The notes under the pieces were generated by a model. It ran no database searches. It had not been told where the DNA came from and saw nothing but the letters and a program-made list of their open reading frames with translations. The position numbers and the translations under genes are program-made. Positions 15,991 to 30,974 of a DNA stretch of 64,000 nt are shown here, piece by piece. The stretch covers positions 1,042,445 through 1,106,444 of the forward strand of contig NW_002060957.1 in the NCBI RefSeq assembly GCF_000150275.1, given 5' to 3'. This stretch comes from Trichoplax adhaerens. Lineage: Eukaryota; Animalia; Placozoa. The stretch's first letter is position 1; every line of letters starts with the position of its first letter.

Positions 15991-18333
15991 CGTTAGGTCA
16001 ACTCGAATATGATACTGCTCTTTGTGATGTCCGAAATACCAAATGTCAACTGTCCATTATTATTATAAAGTTATTGAACTGCTTCTTTTATCATTGGAAA
16101 TAATTTCCTAATTCTGTATTGTACATAAAGAGTGAGGATGTAGTCATGCATAATTAGGTAGTGGGTACCAATACTAACGTACATCTGTGTGTGAAGTACA
16201 CGATATTTGTAAAAAATATTTATCTATCACTCTGTTGTAGTATTTACTAAAATTTTTTATGTTACTTTTGTTTGCATGGCGTTTGGAATTGGGTGATAAA
16301 GCGCCTTATGTAGATAAAGTGTATTAAGCACACATAATATAATTGTGCTGTATTTTTCAAATTTTATTATTGGCGACGTTTACACGGCATCAATCTCATT
16401 TAGAATGGTCTGGATTGTGTATAATTTTATCTCTTGACTGTTGTTTCAATGACAGGTTACTGGATAAATCTCAAAAAAATGTTAATTATATAATTTGGAT
16501 GAATTTTCTGTTTGTATGAGGCCGAGACTAGTGTATTTTTAAAGTACATGTATTTGTTCACGGTTTATAATTCCCCGATCTGGATGCTTTTATTTATAAC
16601 TACTTTAACAATAAAATCTTAAAATCTTCTTTATATAATTTACCCTTATTTTATTAATTATATGTTGTGCAAAATTTATAACTACATGTTTCCGGATGAA
16701 GGCATATGTTTTAACAAGATAAGCAGAAGTAGCGGTTTAGATGTACACAATTCTTATAGCATGAAGAATTGACAGGTAGAAATGAATATTTGCTACGTTG
16801 AAGTCCACCTATTCTGAAATAGAAGGGCAAGAAAGCTCTCGTGCAGTTCTCGCATGCAGAAAATTAGGAATAAAGCAGCCAACGAATGAAATTCTTCGTA
16901 TTTACCGTGTAAATTTGATATTAACCACAAACGACCCTAATACTGTACTTTACTGCAGATGTATCATCGTAATATCCAGACTTAGTTGTGAATTCGGAAT
17001 GATAATTAAAATGAAGTTACTATAGTGCAAATATTATATCGAACTAATCAATCCATTGACAAAACGGCTAAAACTGTAGATCTATTGTAATTGATATTGT
17101 ACTAGTTACAGTAATAATGCATATTAGATAGAGCTCTTTTCAATTCAGGTCAATCTTCAGTATTCAGTTATCTGTCTTTCAGTTGACAAAATCTACAGTC
17201 TCATATCGATGTGAAGTTATATGATAGATATTATCTGTCATTATTGAAGAACCGTATTAAGAAATAAACTTAAGTTATATCTATCACAAACTTTGCATTC
17301 AGGTAAAGGTAGTTCACCATTATAGGATTAAATGTAGAATGCTGTACAATAATCGGAGTACCTCATGAACTTTAGCAAGCTCAGTTGTATACGCATAAAT
17401 TTTTTAGTCGTAACATTAAAGTTAACCCTTTCGTAGTGAGTTAAGTTAGCAGGTTCATTAAATACGAAATCGTTAGAGACTAGTATAAAATTTGCAACTA
17501 AAATCTAAAATTGCTACAATTATATTTACATGACACATTCTGATTTCTAAATTGCGAAAAGATTTCATCTATAACTAAAATGATGACCTAAAAACTCTTT
17601 GATTTGGGGATACAGATTAAATTTATGACATAGCTTGTTTGTATTTGATGTACACAACATCTGCCCCATTTATAGATTTACTGCACCAATGAAAAAGAAA
17701 TATCAGCTTCTAGTTACCTAGTAGTGACCAGGTCAACTAAGCGTAACATTGAGCATATAGGTATTCAACTATGTGAAAATCTTAACACTTGAAATTGCTG
17801 ATATACTTTTTTAATTAGAGGTGTCATCAAGTGGCCACCGATCGAGGGTACATAAATATATAATGCATATCCTTCAAAAAAAGAATTCCCTATTCGTATC
17901 AAGTGATAAGAAAAATAATAGCAAAAGTAGCAACTTCAGCGTATCGACAAGAAAATTGCGTTCTAGAGGTATACAATCAAATCATCTAATTTTTAATTAC
18001 GTACTGTAGTTTCAATTTAATAGCTTTAATCGCAGTCATTACATTAATCTTAATAAAAATTAAATGCAAAAAAATATTTTTCGTTTACTAACGAAAAATA
18101 ACACTGTAACAGATTGCCATGATTTATTTCAGTTCGAATAGTTATAGAACATTTCATACGAATTGTTGAATTAGTGTATATTGAAACTGCATAATATCTT
18201 ACATGTATTCTTTTGCTTCCCATGACCAGTTTTTGTACATGAAATTATGACAAATTGACTAAATAGCTTTAAACATTTAACGATATGACATAACATTTAC
18301 TACATCCAATTTCGGTAATGTTACAGAAAACTA

Positions 18334-21300
18334 CTATAGCTCTTCTGATTTGATCTGAAAATAACAAGCCTGTGCAAGTAATAATTAAGCAATAGAAAGT
18401 TACATAGTTATCGAATAGCATTGCAATCTAGTAGCCCTATCTGAATAAGCATGTCTACGGTACTTGCTAAATAAATAATTAATGGCATCTTACAAATATG
18501 TAATCACAAAATTACCTGTAATGTTGTAAACATCATATCTAGCTCCCCTAGTAGAACACTATCGTCAACCATATTTTGTATAAATAATATTTCTGATCCT
18601 AACTGGCTTATTCTTTGACGAAATGATGTAAAACATAAACAGAAAGACTTATGAAATATATACAAGCCCTATCGATGTAAATTGCCTGAAAGGTCTTTAA
18701 TAACCTCGGTATTTAATATATAATCGTTTAAACTACTGGCTTACTCTGCCCTTACAACCACGAAATGAAATACCGGTAAAATATCATCCATTGCTTTTAA
18801 GTTTCCAGAATCATTCCAGAAAGTATCTACTGCCTACAGTCATCACAATAAATCAAGAAATCAATAAATTACAGCTGTAGCATTAAAAGTTGTACATATC
18901 TGTTAAATTAAAAAAATGCATCTTGTAACAAACATGGCCTACCTTAAATATTTCCGAAAAGCAGTCCTTAACGACTAGAAGCTTCTGCATTGGGCTAAAT
19001 TTGGTACTATTGCATAATAGTAAAACAGTAAGGGGCAATTTTAATTTTTATAGGGTATTATGCTATCACTGCGATTATGACAATATTCCAGACATATTTT
19101 TACAGAAACTTCGAAACCATAGAGGACAAGTTGCAATAACTCCAACGTATAATAGTACCTAATTTGTTGCAAAGTAGAGATAGCATCTGTGTAATGTAGA
19201 CAATTTTCGCATTCGTTTGGTTCTCCGTTCTCATCCTTTTCAGGAATTAACCTGAACTTTCTACGTTTAAATAAAACGTTAAATAGATCGTATTTTTTAG
19301 TGTGCAAAATGTGCATAACAATACTATACCTACTAGCAGCAAAAGATTCAATCAAGGTTTACTAACTTGTTTATTCCTAGCTTTCGCATTAAAATCAGGT
19401 CGGTGTACTTTGCCAGTCGTCGTAACTTTCTTTTATAAGATTCTTCCTCTGTCTCATTGTTTAAAGCATACAAAGTGAACAAGGGAGGGTATATTCGGGG
19501 TAAAATTAATGGATGCAATAGGCTAATACTGCTGACAGTTTCTTGTGCTTCTAAAAGTTGTGGGTCATCGTCGGAATTTGACACTGCTAACTCACCATCA
19601 ACAGGTAGATCTGGAAATAGTATCCTGGATTATCAAAGAAATGAGTCATTTAATCAATCTATTGTTCTTATCGCCTTACGGCTATAAATAATACCTTAAA
19701 CTCTCGTACAATCTCCTAATCATTGATTTAGCTTCACCAATAGCATGGGGTAATAATAAACGATGATTAGCAGCAATCCCTAAGTAGCTGTATCGGAAAG
19801 CTTCAACTAAAGAGTCAACAAGCCTTCCCAGTGGATGAGTACCATCATCGAAGGCCTGTAATTGCATAAAAATTAAATGATTTAATTCTAGTTACAAGTA
19901 CTCAGAAATGGTGCTTCAGTCAAATACTTTGCATTTGAAATACTTTAGTAATTACAAGATAGTTGCATAAACTTATACCATGTATAAGTAAGTACCTTTG
20001 ATAAATAATGCATTAAAGCCTGCAAGTCTGTTCCTTTTATATCTGGTGCAACTGTTAAATCAACATCAGAGTCTAAAATATCACTTCCAATGCTTTGAGA
20101 TGATCGCGAAATTGGAAGTGCTGGTACTGCAGCTGGCTTATTCTTTAATTTCTCCATTCCGTCAGTAATGTTTTGCCAGGCACTTTTTGAATCGATTTTA
20201 CCTCGATGAGCACCAATTACCAAACGAAACTGTAAAAATAATGATTCCCACTTCTTATCAGGATTAACGGCGTAATTATTTTCTTCGGATGATAATTCAG
20301 AAGGGCTAATACAGTAGTGCATATAAACAAATAAGGTGTGTTATAATTGCAGATCTATTTTTTAAGTTTTAAGTGTTCCATTATATATACATAACTTATG
20401 TATTTTTATTGCAGTATCGACAAATCGTATATGAATCTAACAATAAGCCTTACCTCGGAAGCATATCATAAAATGATCTCTCGCTATCGAGATCAGACAT
20501 ATTTTGCTTGTAGAAGGATCCATTAATTTTAATGCTATTGCCCCATTTTCCGTTGAAAGATCCTTCAATGTAATCTCCATTGGGAAGTGTTAAAACACCC
20601 TAAAAGGACACATCAGAAAGAACAATCAATATAAGTACAGAAGCCAAAGAATAAAGATTGATAAATCGATAAATAACATTAAAGATCTTGGTTTAGAATG
20701 TAATCATCAAAATCAGCTGTGTTACAGCTACCTTTCCACTCAATATAGCATCAGATGAAAATTCACCAACAAATTTAGTTTTATCATCAGTCAATAGAAT
20801 TCCGTTACCCTATAAAAGTTAGAACGTTATTAAGTTTAGAACAATAGTCCTATAAAGGTAGGTTTATCGGCAAGCTCCACCTAACAACTCACAACGAGTC
20901 GATCATTGCTGAAAGAACCTGCGAGAAATATACCATCCAATGTTATTACAACACCTTCACCATGGCGAGTATCATTTGACCAAATGCCCATATATCTTTT
21001 ACCCCTATACACGTAATTCACAGGATTCGGATCTTTAAAGCTATGCAAAATATCATGCAATATATGATGTTGTACTGACTTGTGGTCATAGATTCCATAT
21101 CCAGCTTTATTATCGCAAAGCCATTCACCAATGTAAAAACTACTATTTACGTTGGTAACAGTTCCTTGCTTCATAATGCCATGTCCATGTCGCATATCTT
21201 GATACCAGAAGCCATTGTATTCATCACCATTAGCGTATCTAATTTCGTATTAAGTAGAAATTTACGTTTATAATACGAACATAAAGGAGTTCTAAAAGTG

Positions 21301-24300
21301 CTTGCTTACTTCATTGTTCCATATCCGTATTTTCTTCCGGTTCGCCACTCACCAACGAAAACATCATTTTGGTTATGATTAGATAGCGTGGTATACTGTC
21401 CAAGTCTATCCAATTTTTAATTGGTTACAAATTATATAATTTATCTTATCAGCATAAGCTACTAGTTATTTATAAAAATATTTGATAGAAGCAACTGCCA
21501 TAAATTGATGATCAGTGTTACACATTACCCATGAAATAAATTCTTTTTGAACTGTCCTATGTAAACACTACCATCATTCCATTTCATTTCACCACTATCA
21601 TGGAATAGAAAATAGAACAGTGAACTAAAGTTATGCTAAACGATATAATTTATGACAAAACTTAGATAAATTTATACACTTACTGTCCATGCAATTTTCC
21701 AGCAAACCACCAACCTAAGTACTTTGCATCTTTATAATCTCCTGAATTAAACAAGTATTCAGCGTACCGATACTGAGGCAAAAGACTACCACTCTGTTGC
21801 TTTTTTTGTATTCTGGCGAAAAATATTATAAAGTAATACGTTAATGAACACACCCCACAAGAAAGTACTGATTTAATTGAGATTCCTACTTTGCGTATGG
21901 ACTGGAGGCGATACTACTAAGTACTGCCTGCTTGATATTTCTTAACCATTCTGACTAGAAATTGTTTGTATCAGGAGGTAGAAACGTGAGATTTATACGC
22001 AAATCAAAGATTACATTGTTTAAATTCATTTCAAGAATTATGGATACTTAATGATAATATAATATACAAATACTCCAGTTTACCTTAGCTATGGATGATG
22101 ATGCACTCAGTTCCAGTGTTTCTTCAGGTGTTATCAGTGTGAAGATATTGCTGCTGCTGCTGCTATAGACAATTGTGAATGGCATACGTTTAATTTCGAT
22201 TTTATAGTTGTAACGAAACACTAAAAATGACTATCCAAAGTAATTCTTACTTAGCAGAGTTTGTATCTTCATCAGGATCGATCCAAAGCGTTGTTAAAGG
22301 GCATATGAAGCAGCTATTGGTCTAAGTTTTGTTAGTCGGTTAAAACTTAATACAATATCGGTATTAAATATTTCTTCCGACAACTGATATAAATTATCAC
22401 TCACGTGGTGTCGTACAAAGACTCTATTAAAGAGAATAAAGTTATAATTTGTAAATCGTCCGGACTTAGAATATTGCAAAGGATTCTTTTTTGACGTGCT
22501 AAGGATTAGTCGAAGTTGTGGAATGCAAAGATGCTCCTAGAATTCAAAATCGTCATTAGTACAGAAAAAATTTCGTTAGCCACTACGACGAGATTTTAAA
22601 ATTACATGATACCCTTAGCTTTGGACTACACTCTCTCCAGAATTGTTTAGTTATTTCAGCTCTAGGGTATTCATCATGTAATGAATTAGATAACGATTGC
22701 CAACGTGAAGATAAGTTTCTAACAAGTTTAAGCATTTTCTTGGTCTACCATATTAAGCAAACAGAATTTTATCAATAACATACAATTCATTTTATGCTTG
22801 TACAAGTTGTATTTTAAATCGTTAAGAAATACTATATTAAGAATTGGTTATGACAAGTAATTAAGGGCTTAAAATTGTAACTTACAAAGTCGGAACTAGG
22901 AATAGTACTGAATTTTTGAATCAAGCCACTCAGAACCGCTATAACATACTTTAAGCGATTTAAGGGTAAATAAAGGAATTGCTCTAAAAGCGTTTCGTGT
23001 GATTTCGCAGTCTGAATTGAGTAAAAATTGATTAATATATGTAAATTTTATCCAGCTACGAAGTATAGTAGAATGTAAAACAACCATACTTCCTTAGAAC
23101 CACCGGAACGTGTATTTGGCGCATTTTTGGATTTTGGGGATAGGCTATATGAAAACATAGACATAGAGGAATCATTTTTATTAAAAGATTGTTGTAGATA
23201 TTTTATGAGTAGAAAGGCCGAAATTAAAGCATGACAACTTCTGATTAAGAAATGAAAAGGTTCTACGCATCATAACTTTCGAATTTATCCTATATTAATT
23301 AGTTATATAAGCTAATTATTACCATTATTAATTGAGGTTAGTTACCTGCTGCCGAATAATGATTTAGGCATGTACTCAGACACGAAAGATTTTAATGAAG
23401 TGGAAAGTTCAGAGAGCGGCAATGTTTTGTAATAGTTATTGATGATTTTCCATAATTCACTACTTGCTGCTAGACTTATCTCGTTAGATTGCCTTCGAAG
23501 CAACAAAAATTTATTAGTTCAAGATTTTTAGTACATTAACGCGATTCCTTGGAAAAGAAGGGATTTTTCCTTATACCTGTAATGCCAACTACTAAATAAA
23601 TCTTTTACATAATCGGATTACATAATAATTAATAACATTAAGTTAATATAAAATGTAGTACTCGTTATAATGATTAGTGTGATTCGTATAGCGCCTGCAA
23701 AATTATATATTGAACTGAATTTAATTATTTTCTGTGTATTTGCAACAGTGTAGTATCGTTAAAGAATCATCATCATACCATGCTGAGTTTGCACATCGGG
23801 TTATAATATCAACAGAGACAGCATCAAGAAATATCGTGGCATATCTAAGCAAATGCAGAGTGGTTCCTAAATCAATTACTGTACGATTTTTAAGTAGGCT
23901 AGGTTACACAAGAATAGCTCACCTAATATAGATACTTAACAGTGAATTCCGCTCAAGAAATGCTAAATCTAAATTTAAATATTCCTGAGTAATTATAACT
24001 TTTTCTAAGTCATCACTAAATTCATCTATATGCGTCATCAAAATTTCAAAAGTTTCAAAGAGTTTTCTAAGGCAATTTCCACCAATAACACCCCTAATAT
24101 TTTTCCAGTACTCTACGTCGTATTGAACAATGAAAATTACTCTAAGAAATACATAAGTCTCATCAATGTTATATGTAAGCCAAAAGTTTTTAGTTGGTAA
24201 CACTTTATATCAGTATCGATACACTCAATATGCTATATAAAATCAGAAAATAATTACCGGTTTGCTTTATCGGTGATAGTATACTCTTTTTAGCTGTAGT

Positions 24301-27293
24301 AATCTGACAGTATAAAATTCTATCTTGAATCAATAATTCATGTAAGATTTTTCGGATATCATCGTTTTCATTTCTATGAGATATTTTAAGATATTTAAAT
24401 TGTAAGATTTTTAAGATACAAATATTGACCTTGAACGAAAACATTTTCAATAAGTGCCTTAACAATCGGAACATTTCTGTTATCGATAATTATTTACAAT
24501 TTTTTAAGTGATTTACCTTGCAGACACAAAACAGCTTTGACCATAATTACTAGCAATGGCGCATATATAATCCTATACAATTCAATTTTTTGAGATAAAT
24601 CTTTAAAGTACTTTGTAATAACATCTTATTCAGTCTAACCTCTTTTGGAACTGTAATATTAGCATAGGTGGTTTTCTTATCCCTAAAATTGACATCAACT
24701 TAAAACGTTAGTTGGAAGAGTCATTAATCTTGTACAGCAATCACTCATGCTGCTTCTATCTGCTGTCGCTACAAACTAATTGACTTGAGGTTTCTTCGAT
24801 AAATGCAAATTACGGTACAGTAGGTTGATTGATATAATTACACCTGCTATGATATCGTTGCTATGCCCTCAATTATTAGTATATACAGTTATACGTACGT
24901 TACAATATTACCAATACGATAGATTTGATTTTGCTGATTAGCTGCAAATGTTAACAGGGATGTATTATCTTCTCCAGTTGCAACACCTGAAACTCTTTGA
25001 TCGACTCCAATCGAAAGCTAAAGGTGGCAGAAAGTCAAACATTACAGTTATAAAATTATGTTTCTACGCTTATTACTTCTAACTACGATCTTCATTCCGG
25101 CGAAGAATGTTGCTTTCAATGAACAATACAGTGAGATAAGTCGTACTCATGCAATTTTATCACGTCTAAAGTTTATACCTCAACTTGTCGAGGTATCAGT
25201 GATATTTCGCCAGAAACTCCTAACTGTCCATTTGAATTTCGTCCCCAAGCATAGAGCTAGAAGGAAAAGAATATAAAACATAGGTTATTATTTCAACGTA
25301 TAAGACTCGACAACTGTAAATGATCAGTTCAGATCAGACTACGAATTCTAGATAAATAATTAGTCCATATTAATGGACATCTACAATTAATAATTGTCAA
25401 CAGTAAGTGTTTGACTACTATTGCGATAGCCTTTTGATATTCACAACCTGGCAATCGCTAGTAAATGCAATAGAATGGTAACCACCAGCGGAAACTTGTT
25501 TGATAGCCAATCCTTTCATAGATTCAATACAGCAAGGAATGTGTCTGTTGGAGGTGATAACAATGTTATGATAATTGTGAAGCCAGCATCAATCCATCCA
25601 TTTAAATAAGTATATATTAGACATGTCTGTTGAATAGATATCACTATTGGGTAACGCCTGATGATGATGATGGATTAATGACGTGATAGTAATGATATAG
25701 CATAAACGATGACTTTATATACGACCAGCAAGTCCTAGAGAGCTGCATGAAATTGTCATGATAGCAAATAATAAATGATAAAAATTATAAATAACTGAGT
25801 AGTAGAAGCTCTTTTACGGTTACGAAATACCACGATGTGATTGCTGGTCAATAGAATGCCTAAAGTGTATTAATTTATTTTTCAATTTACTACCACTATT
25901 ATCATGGTTGATGTAGAGTATTAGTATCGATGTATCGATGCATCTGTTGACGGTGGTAATTACTGTAATTGGTTAATTACCACCTAATGAGATGTCTATA
26001 GCACAATAACTGAAGTAATAGAATTACATAAGGTTTAAAATACTGTATGCTAGAAAATGGGTCATTTTCATTTCTACGCTTCATGCAAGTCTACATGATA
26101 GGAATCAACATTGATTACCTTAACATTACAGAATCCATCATAAAATTACATCATGGGATGTCAATATTACATTATCCTTTCAATTTACTGATTTCTGAAT
26201 ACCTTGCTGTTTTATCGCCAAGACCTAATTGGCCATAGTTATTATTACCCCAAGTCCAAACTTGTGTAATTTGCTGGCTATAGGTAAAGGTAGAAGATCG
26301 TGGTTTAGGCGAAATCAGAATAAAATCTTCATTGGCGTCTGTACTGTCACTGTTCTCATTTAATGGTGTCAAGGTATAATCGACTGAATAAGTATCAGGT
26401 GGTGTTATGAAAGCAGGAAATGGATTAATATTACTACTGGATCCACTTCGAGAGGCTTTCCTTTTGCTTTCGACTGGAGTTGTATTTCGCGTTGCATTGA
26501 AGGTGGAATCGACTTTATTATACTTTCGACTAGGAGGGGTGATCTTGGAAGGAGTCACTGGTGGCGAATCGACATCATGGCGTCGATAGGATACAAGAAT
26601 ATTATGAAATAACCCACAATCAACTTGAGTGACAAATTCATCGCTTAATTCATTAACACATAACGGCTTGGCATTGGTACTAGCGTCGTCATCGGCAAGA
26701 CCATAATCACATCCTTGGCCCCATGTCCAGCATTGGCCATTGGAAGAAACGGTAATCGTATGCGCTTTGCCACAAGCAACTTGAACTAATTCAATACGTG
26801 ACGGATGATCACCACCACAACTGCATATCTGCAAATCCGAAGGAGAACAAACTGAAACTTGAACAGGTGCTTGATAGAATAAATCATCTCCCACACCACA
26901 TTGACCTTGTGCATTATCGCCCCAACTATACAACTGGCCGCCATCATTGATACAACAACTATGTTGACTGCCAGCAGCGATGAAGGTTACGTGCATTTGT
27001 TGAAAAAGAGGCAATAAAGTAAAGCATTTTCTATCGCTTAAATCATCCAAACCTAATTGACCATAATTATTATTACCAAGAGCGAAAATTTGACCATCAT
27101 TGGTCAACATTAGCGTATGCTTTTGGCCTAAACTAATTCTTTCAATTCGCCTTGAAGAACGGAAAGAGGCAACCAGTCGAGGCGATGGTAGTCTTGGCCA
27201 ATGATCCCATCGATACACTTTCATTTCATCGTTTTGTTCGCCTTCCTTGTAGACTTGATAGCATTCTTCTTGTTCACTATCATTCCCTTCCAT
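18334..27293 (-). CDS. ALS2: Alsin, Rab5 GEF (RCC1 repeats - DH/PH - MORN repeats - VPS9), multi-exon
   Basis: The first exon (27293 to ~26201) has RCC1 repeats (ISLGQKHTL, AAGSQHS, WTWGNNNYGQLG). MORN repeats lie at ~20700-21790 (YIGEWLCDNKAGYG, YMGIWSNDTRHGEG). Alsin-specific AFDDGTHPLGRLV and LLHPLILPRIYPPLFTLYAL are present, then VPS9 (AMDDILPVFHFVVVRA). The C-terminus ACYFQIKSEEL* resembles the alsin end. Confidence 0.95.
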
Positions 27294-27599
27294 CCCTTCA
27301 ATCTTTTTTTCTCAAAGCTCACCCAATTTTACGCCAACATGATAGTAGAAAAAGCAAAATAACAACTCTGTGAAAAATTTCACTGGTCCGCCATAAAAGT
27401 CCAATGGTAGAATGAAATCAACAAGGCCAAGGGGCAACACTTAGCCTATGGGGGGCCTGGTGATGGTGTTCGATATAACCGGGTGTTGAATACTTTCCTA
27501 TACTGTAGACTAGTGGGCTGGATGGCCTGGGCTGTGGCAAAGCCGGTAGCGTCCAATATAGTGTATCGTACTGGTATGCTAGTATAGTGTATCAGTATA

Positions 27600-28494
27600 G
27601 GATAGCTGTCTAAAGTGGGCTTTTGTAATGGACTATTCTACCTAGACCCTGGAGGGGAAATTGGCTCCAGCTGACGAAAACCCTGCTGGCGCTGTTCTAG
27701 CTGCAACATTTCCTTGTAAGTGGCCAAGAATCGCCGGTTTTGCGTCTTCGATCGATCATCTAGGTATGGAAACTGTTGATTTTATGACTTCTATGTATGT
27801 TATTCCATAGTCTACAGTACTGTTTAGGATAGCAGTCTAAAGAAGGGTTTTGTAATGGACTATTCTACCTAGAACCCTGGAGAGGGGAATTGGCTCCAGC
27901 TGACGAAATCCCTGCTGGCGCTGTTCTAGCTGCAACATTTCCTTGCAAGTGGCCAAGAATCGCCGGTTTTGCGTCTTCGATCGATCATCTAGGTATGGAA
28001 ACTGTTGATTTTATGACTTCAATGTATGTTATTCCATAGTCTACAGTACTGTTTAGGATAGCAGTCTAAAGAAGGGTTTTGTAATGGACTATTCTACCTA
28101 GACCCTGGAGGGGAAATTGGCTCCAGCTGACGAAAGCCCTGCTGGCGCTGTTCTAGCTGCAACATTTCCTTGCAAGTGGCCAAGAATCGCCGGTTTTGCG
28201 TCTTCGATCGATCATCCAAGTATGGAAACTGTTGATTTTATGACTTCTACGTATGTTATTCCATAGTCTACAGTACTGTTTAGGATAGCAGTCTAACGAT
28301 GGGTTTTGTTCTGTACTACTCTACCTAGACCCTGGAGGGGAAATTGGATCCAGCTGACAAAGCCCCGCTGGCGCTGTTCTAGCTGCAACGTTTCCTTGCA
28401 AGTGGCCAAGAATCGCCGGTTTTGCGTCTTTGATCGATCATCTAAGTATGGAAACTGTTGATTTTATGACTTCAATGTATGTTATTCCATAGTC
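27600..28494. repeat. GC-rich tandem array, 227-229-bp unit, ~3.9 near-identical copies, between divergent ALS2 and COA1
   Basis: Units start at 27600, 27827, 28056 and 28283 (GGATAGC.GTCTAA..CTACCTAGACCCTGGAGGGGAAATTGGCTCCAGCTGAC..CGATCGATCATCTAGGTATGG..CCATAGTCTACAGTACTGTTTA). Confidence 0.97.
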
Positions 28495-28574
28495 AATGCT
28501 GAAATAGTGTCGTGCACTTCAGGGTGAATAAGAAGTAACATGCAAAACACTGCTACAAATCAATGAATTTGCAT

Positions 28575-29225
28575 CATTGAATGAAGAGGAATAGCCATCA
28601 GCATAAACAAACATCATGCTATGGATTTTCCCCTTCCATCAATCCGTTGTTGATGCAGGGACTTCTTAGAAAATGTTCTCTTACAAGTTCCTGTTGATGG
28701 CATGACTTGAAATGGGGATTTATTCTACAGTCACTGCTGAAATGATGTCGAGAATTGGCATTGTATGCAGCAGTAGTATGCATGAATAGGTGACAAGAAA
28801 GCTTGCATATTTTCACTCGCTCTTGCGTTGTCCTGATGCATACCTTCACTTTTCGATCGGACTACTATAAGCCAATCAAATTCCATCACTCCATGGAGGG
28901 GAAATACAGTAAATACCATCGGCATAGAAAACTTTCCAATGCAATTCGATAATGTTAAGCGTAGTGTTCTCTTCCATCAATTCTTCGTGTCGTTGATGTA
29001 GCGACTTGAAATGTGTGATAGCTAGTAATTATTAGCAATGCTGAAATGGTGTCGAAGATTGATATTGCAGTTCTTGCTGTATACTTGCATTTTTCAATCG
29101 GTCTACTGTAAATCAATGAAATTCCATCATTCCATGAAGGGGAAATAGATACTATCAGCATAAAGAATGTTTTAATGCAACACGACATGATATTAATTTC
29201 CCCTTCAATAAATTCTTCGTGTTCT
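28575..29225. repeat. Older degenerate repeats (~240-300 bp period)
   Basis: (C)CATG.AGGGGAAATA..A..ATC.GCATA.A and TT.CC.TTC.AT.AATTCTTCGTGT / GTTGATG.AG.GACTT blocks recur at ~28580, ~28880 and ~29120. Confidence 0.6.
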
Positions 29226-29963
29226 ACACCAATTGCTCAGGCTTGGCACTTTCGGTATGGCTATTAATTTAAGTGAATTCAGTCAAACTGATCATTAGAC
29301 GTGATAGGAAGGTTCTATTTGTGATGTATAAGCACCAATTTAATGAACTTGTTAAGCATCAAAGTACTATCCAACTCCACACGGAATCAAGAGTACATCT
29401 CTTATACATGCTATCTCTAAATACTGTACATGTTAGTCCATACTTAATACCAAGTTAGGTTACAGTGTTGTAGTTTAACATAATGGTAGCAATACGTATT
29501 AATTAGTTATGTATAATTACGCACGTGTATACGGATAAATATCCAATTAAGCACACCTTGACTATGCAACAAGACGTTAATTACTGATGCTGTATGTAGA
29601 TTTTAATAACGTTATTCACTACACTACTGATACTATGTGATTAATTTTTGATATAGAGCATTACTCATTTAAGGTTGACTGCTTGTACAAGCAGCAGTAA
29701 AGAAAGCCACTTCCAGGTATCGTGATTTCAAATGCAACGAAACTTGAAATGTTATTTTATTAAAATTCTACATTAATAAATCAATCATGTCTTGTGCAAT
29801 CCTTCAACCTTTGAGCTTTTGTTGTTCTCTTAATTTAGTCAGATTGATTAGTAAACGTTTAGAAAAGGCTGAACAAGATCGCTCACTTAGGTGCTGAGGT
29901 CAAAGGCATAGAAGGAACCTGACCAAATTTTTGCAAACAATTCTATCGGATGTTTTGGCAACC

Positions 29964-30974
29964 ATGCCCTCATTAAATTCATTAAAAAGGATCGCATTTT
30001 ACGGTGGTATTGCAAGCTTAGGTGGTTCGCTATTTTTATACTTCAGGATTCAATGTAGGTTTGCGCCAAGTGATATTGTATTTGTTTTGAATATCAACGC
30101 GCTGAATCAATGACAATATAGCGTGTTGAAGATGTATTGAAGAACATCCAATCTTATAATCCGATAGCAAATTTATCTAAAGGTGGATACTTTAAGAAAT
30201 CCTTAGCATTATTACACGATGACAAGCGTGCAATGGAAATACTTGGAGGTCCACCCATATCCGTCGGCTATATACATTTACTAGATTTGTTTAATTACAT
30301 TGATGGAAAGAAAGCTCAGGTTTGTTTAAAAATTGAATGCAGGCATTTTAAGTACTCCATTTTTGTGCAATGCACTAACTGGAATGAAAGTGATATACTA
30401 TACTGTACTTTGAAAAGATTTCATTAAATCATGCTATTGATAGTAGCATGCAAGGTGCATTGTTTGTTAAATAGGCAAGCCTGTATTGAACTTGGATCAT
30501 TCACCTGCTAGTTCTTGCTGTAGATGTATACTGTAGCATTATGAAGTGATCATATCTACTAGATTTGATGCAAGTGAATACTTATTCGCGTAAATGGCTA
30601 ATACAAACTGCTGATAACTTATTCACTGATTTTTATTACAAATGCAGCTGTCAATTCCAGTCACTGGTCGCGACAATTCCGGAAAATTGATCGCGAGAGC
30701 TAGCAGAGAATCAATTGCAGAAGGGTAAGACTTAACAGTAAGGCCATTGCTATGCGAATCCTCTATAATTAATAATACTCATAGACTACATGTTATTACT
30801 CGTATGATTATAATGAAACTGATTAATGGATCAATTTGCATTTAATAGACCTAACACTTTTTCTACTTCTCCAGGTGGATCATCGATTCTCTAATTGTTG
30901 ATATAGATCAGAAGGAGTCGATCACTATTGTAGAAGGACCAACAGTAAATTACCGTAAATTAGCAAGTAGTTGA
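29964..30974 (+). CDS. COA1: Cytochrome c oxidase assembly factor 1 homolog (C7orf44/MITRAC15), 4 exons
   Basis: Exons ~29964-30054 (TM segment IAFYGGIASLGGSLFLYF), ~30168-30319 (YFKKSLALLHDDKRAMEILGGPPISVGYIHLLDLFNYIDGKKAQ), ~30648-30724 (LSIPVTGRDNSGKLIARASR) and ~30875-30974 (WIIDSLIVDI..*). This matches the COA1 pattern LG.P...D..N..D...A.L.IPV.G....G.L. Confidence 0.85.

Noticed and set aside
16700-18100. Possible gene between ATE1 and ALS2
   Set aside because: Only isolated short exon-like pieces with stops were found, giving no coherent or recognisable protein.
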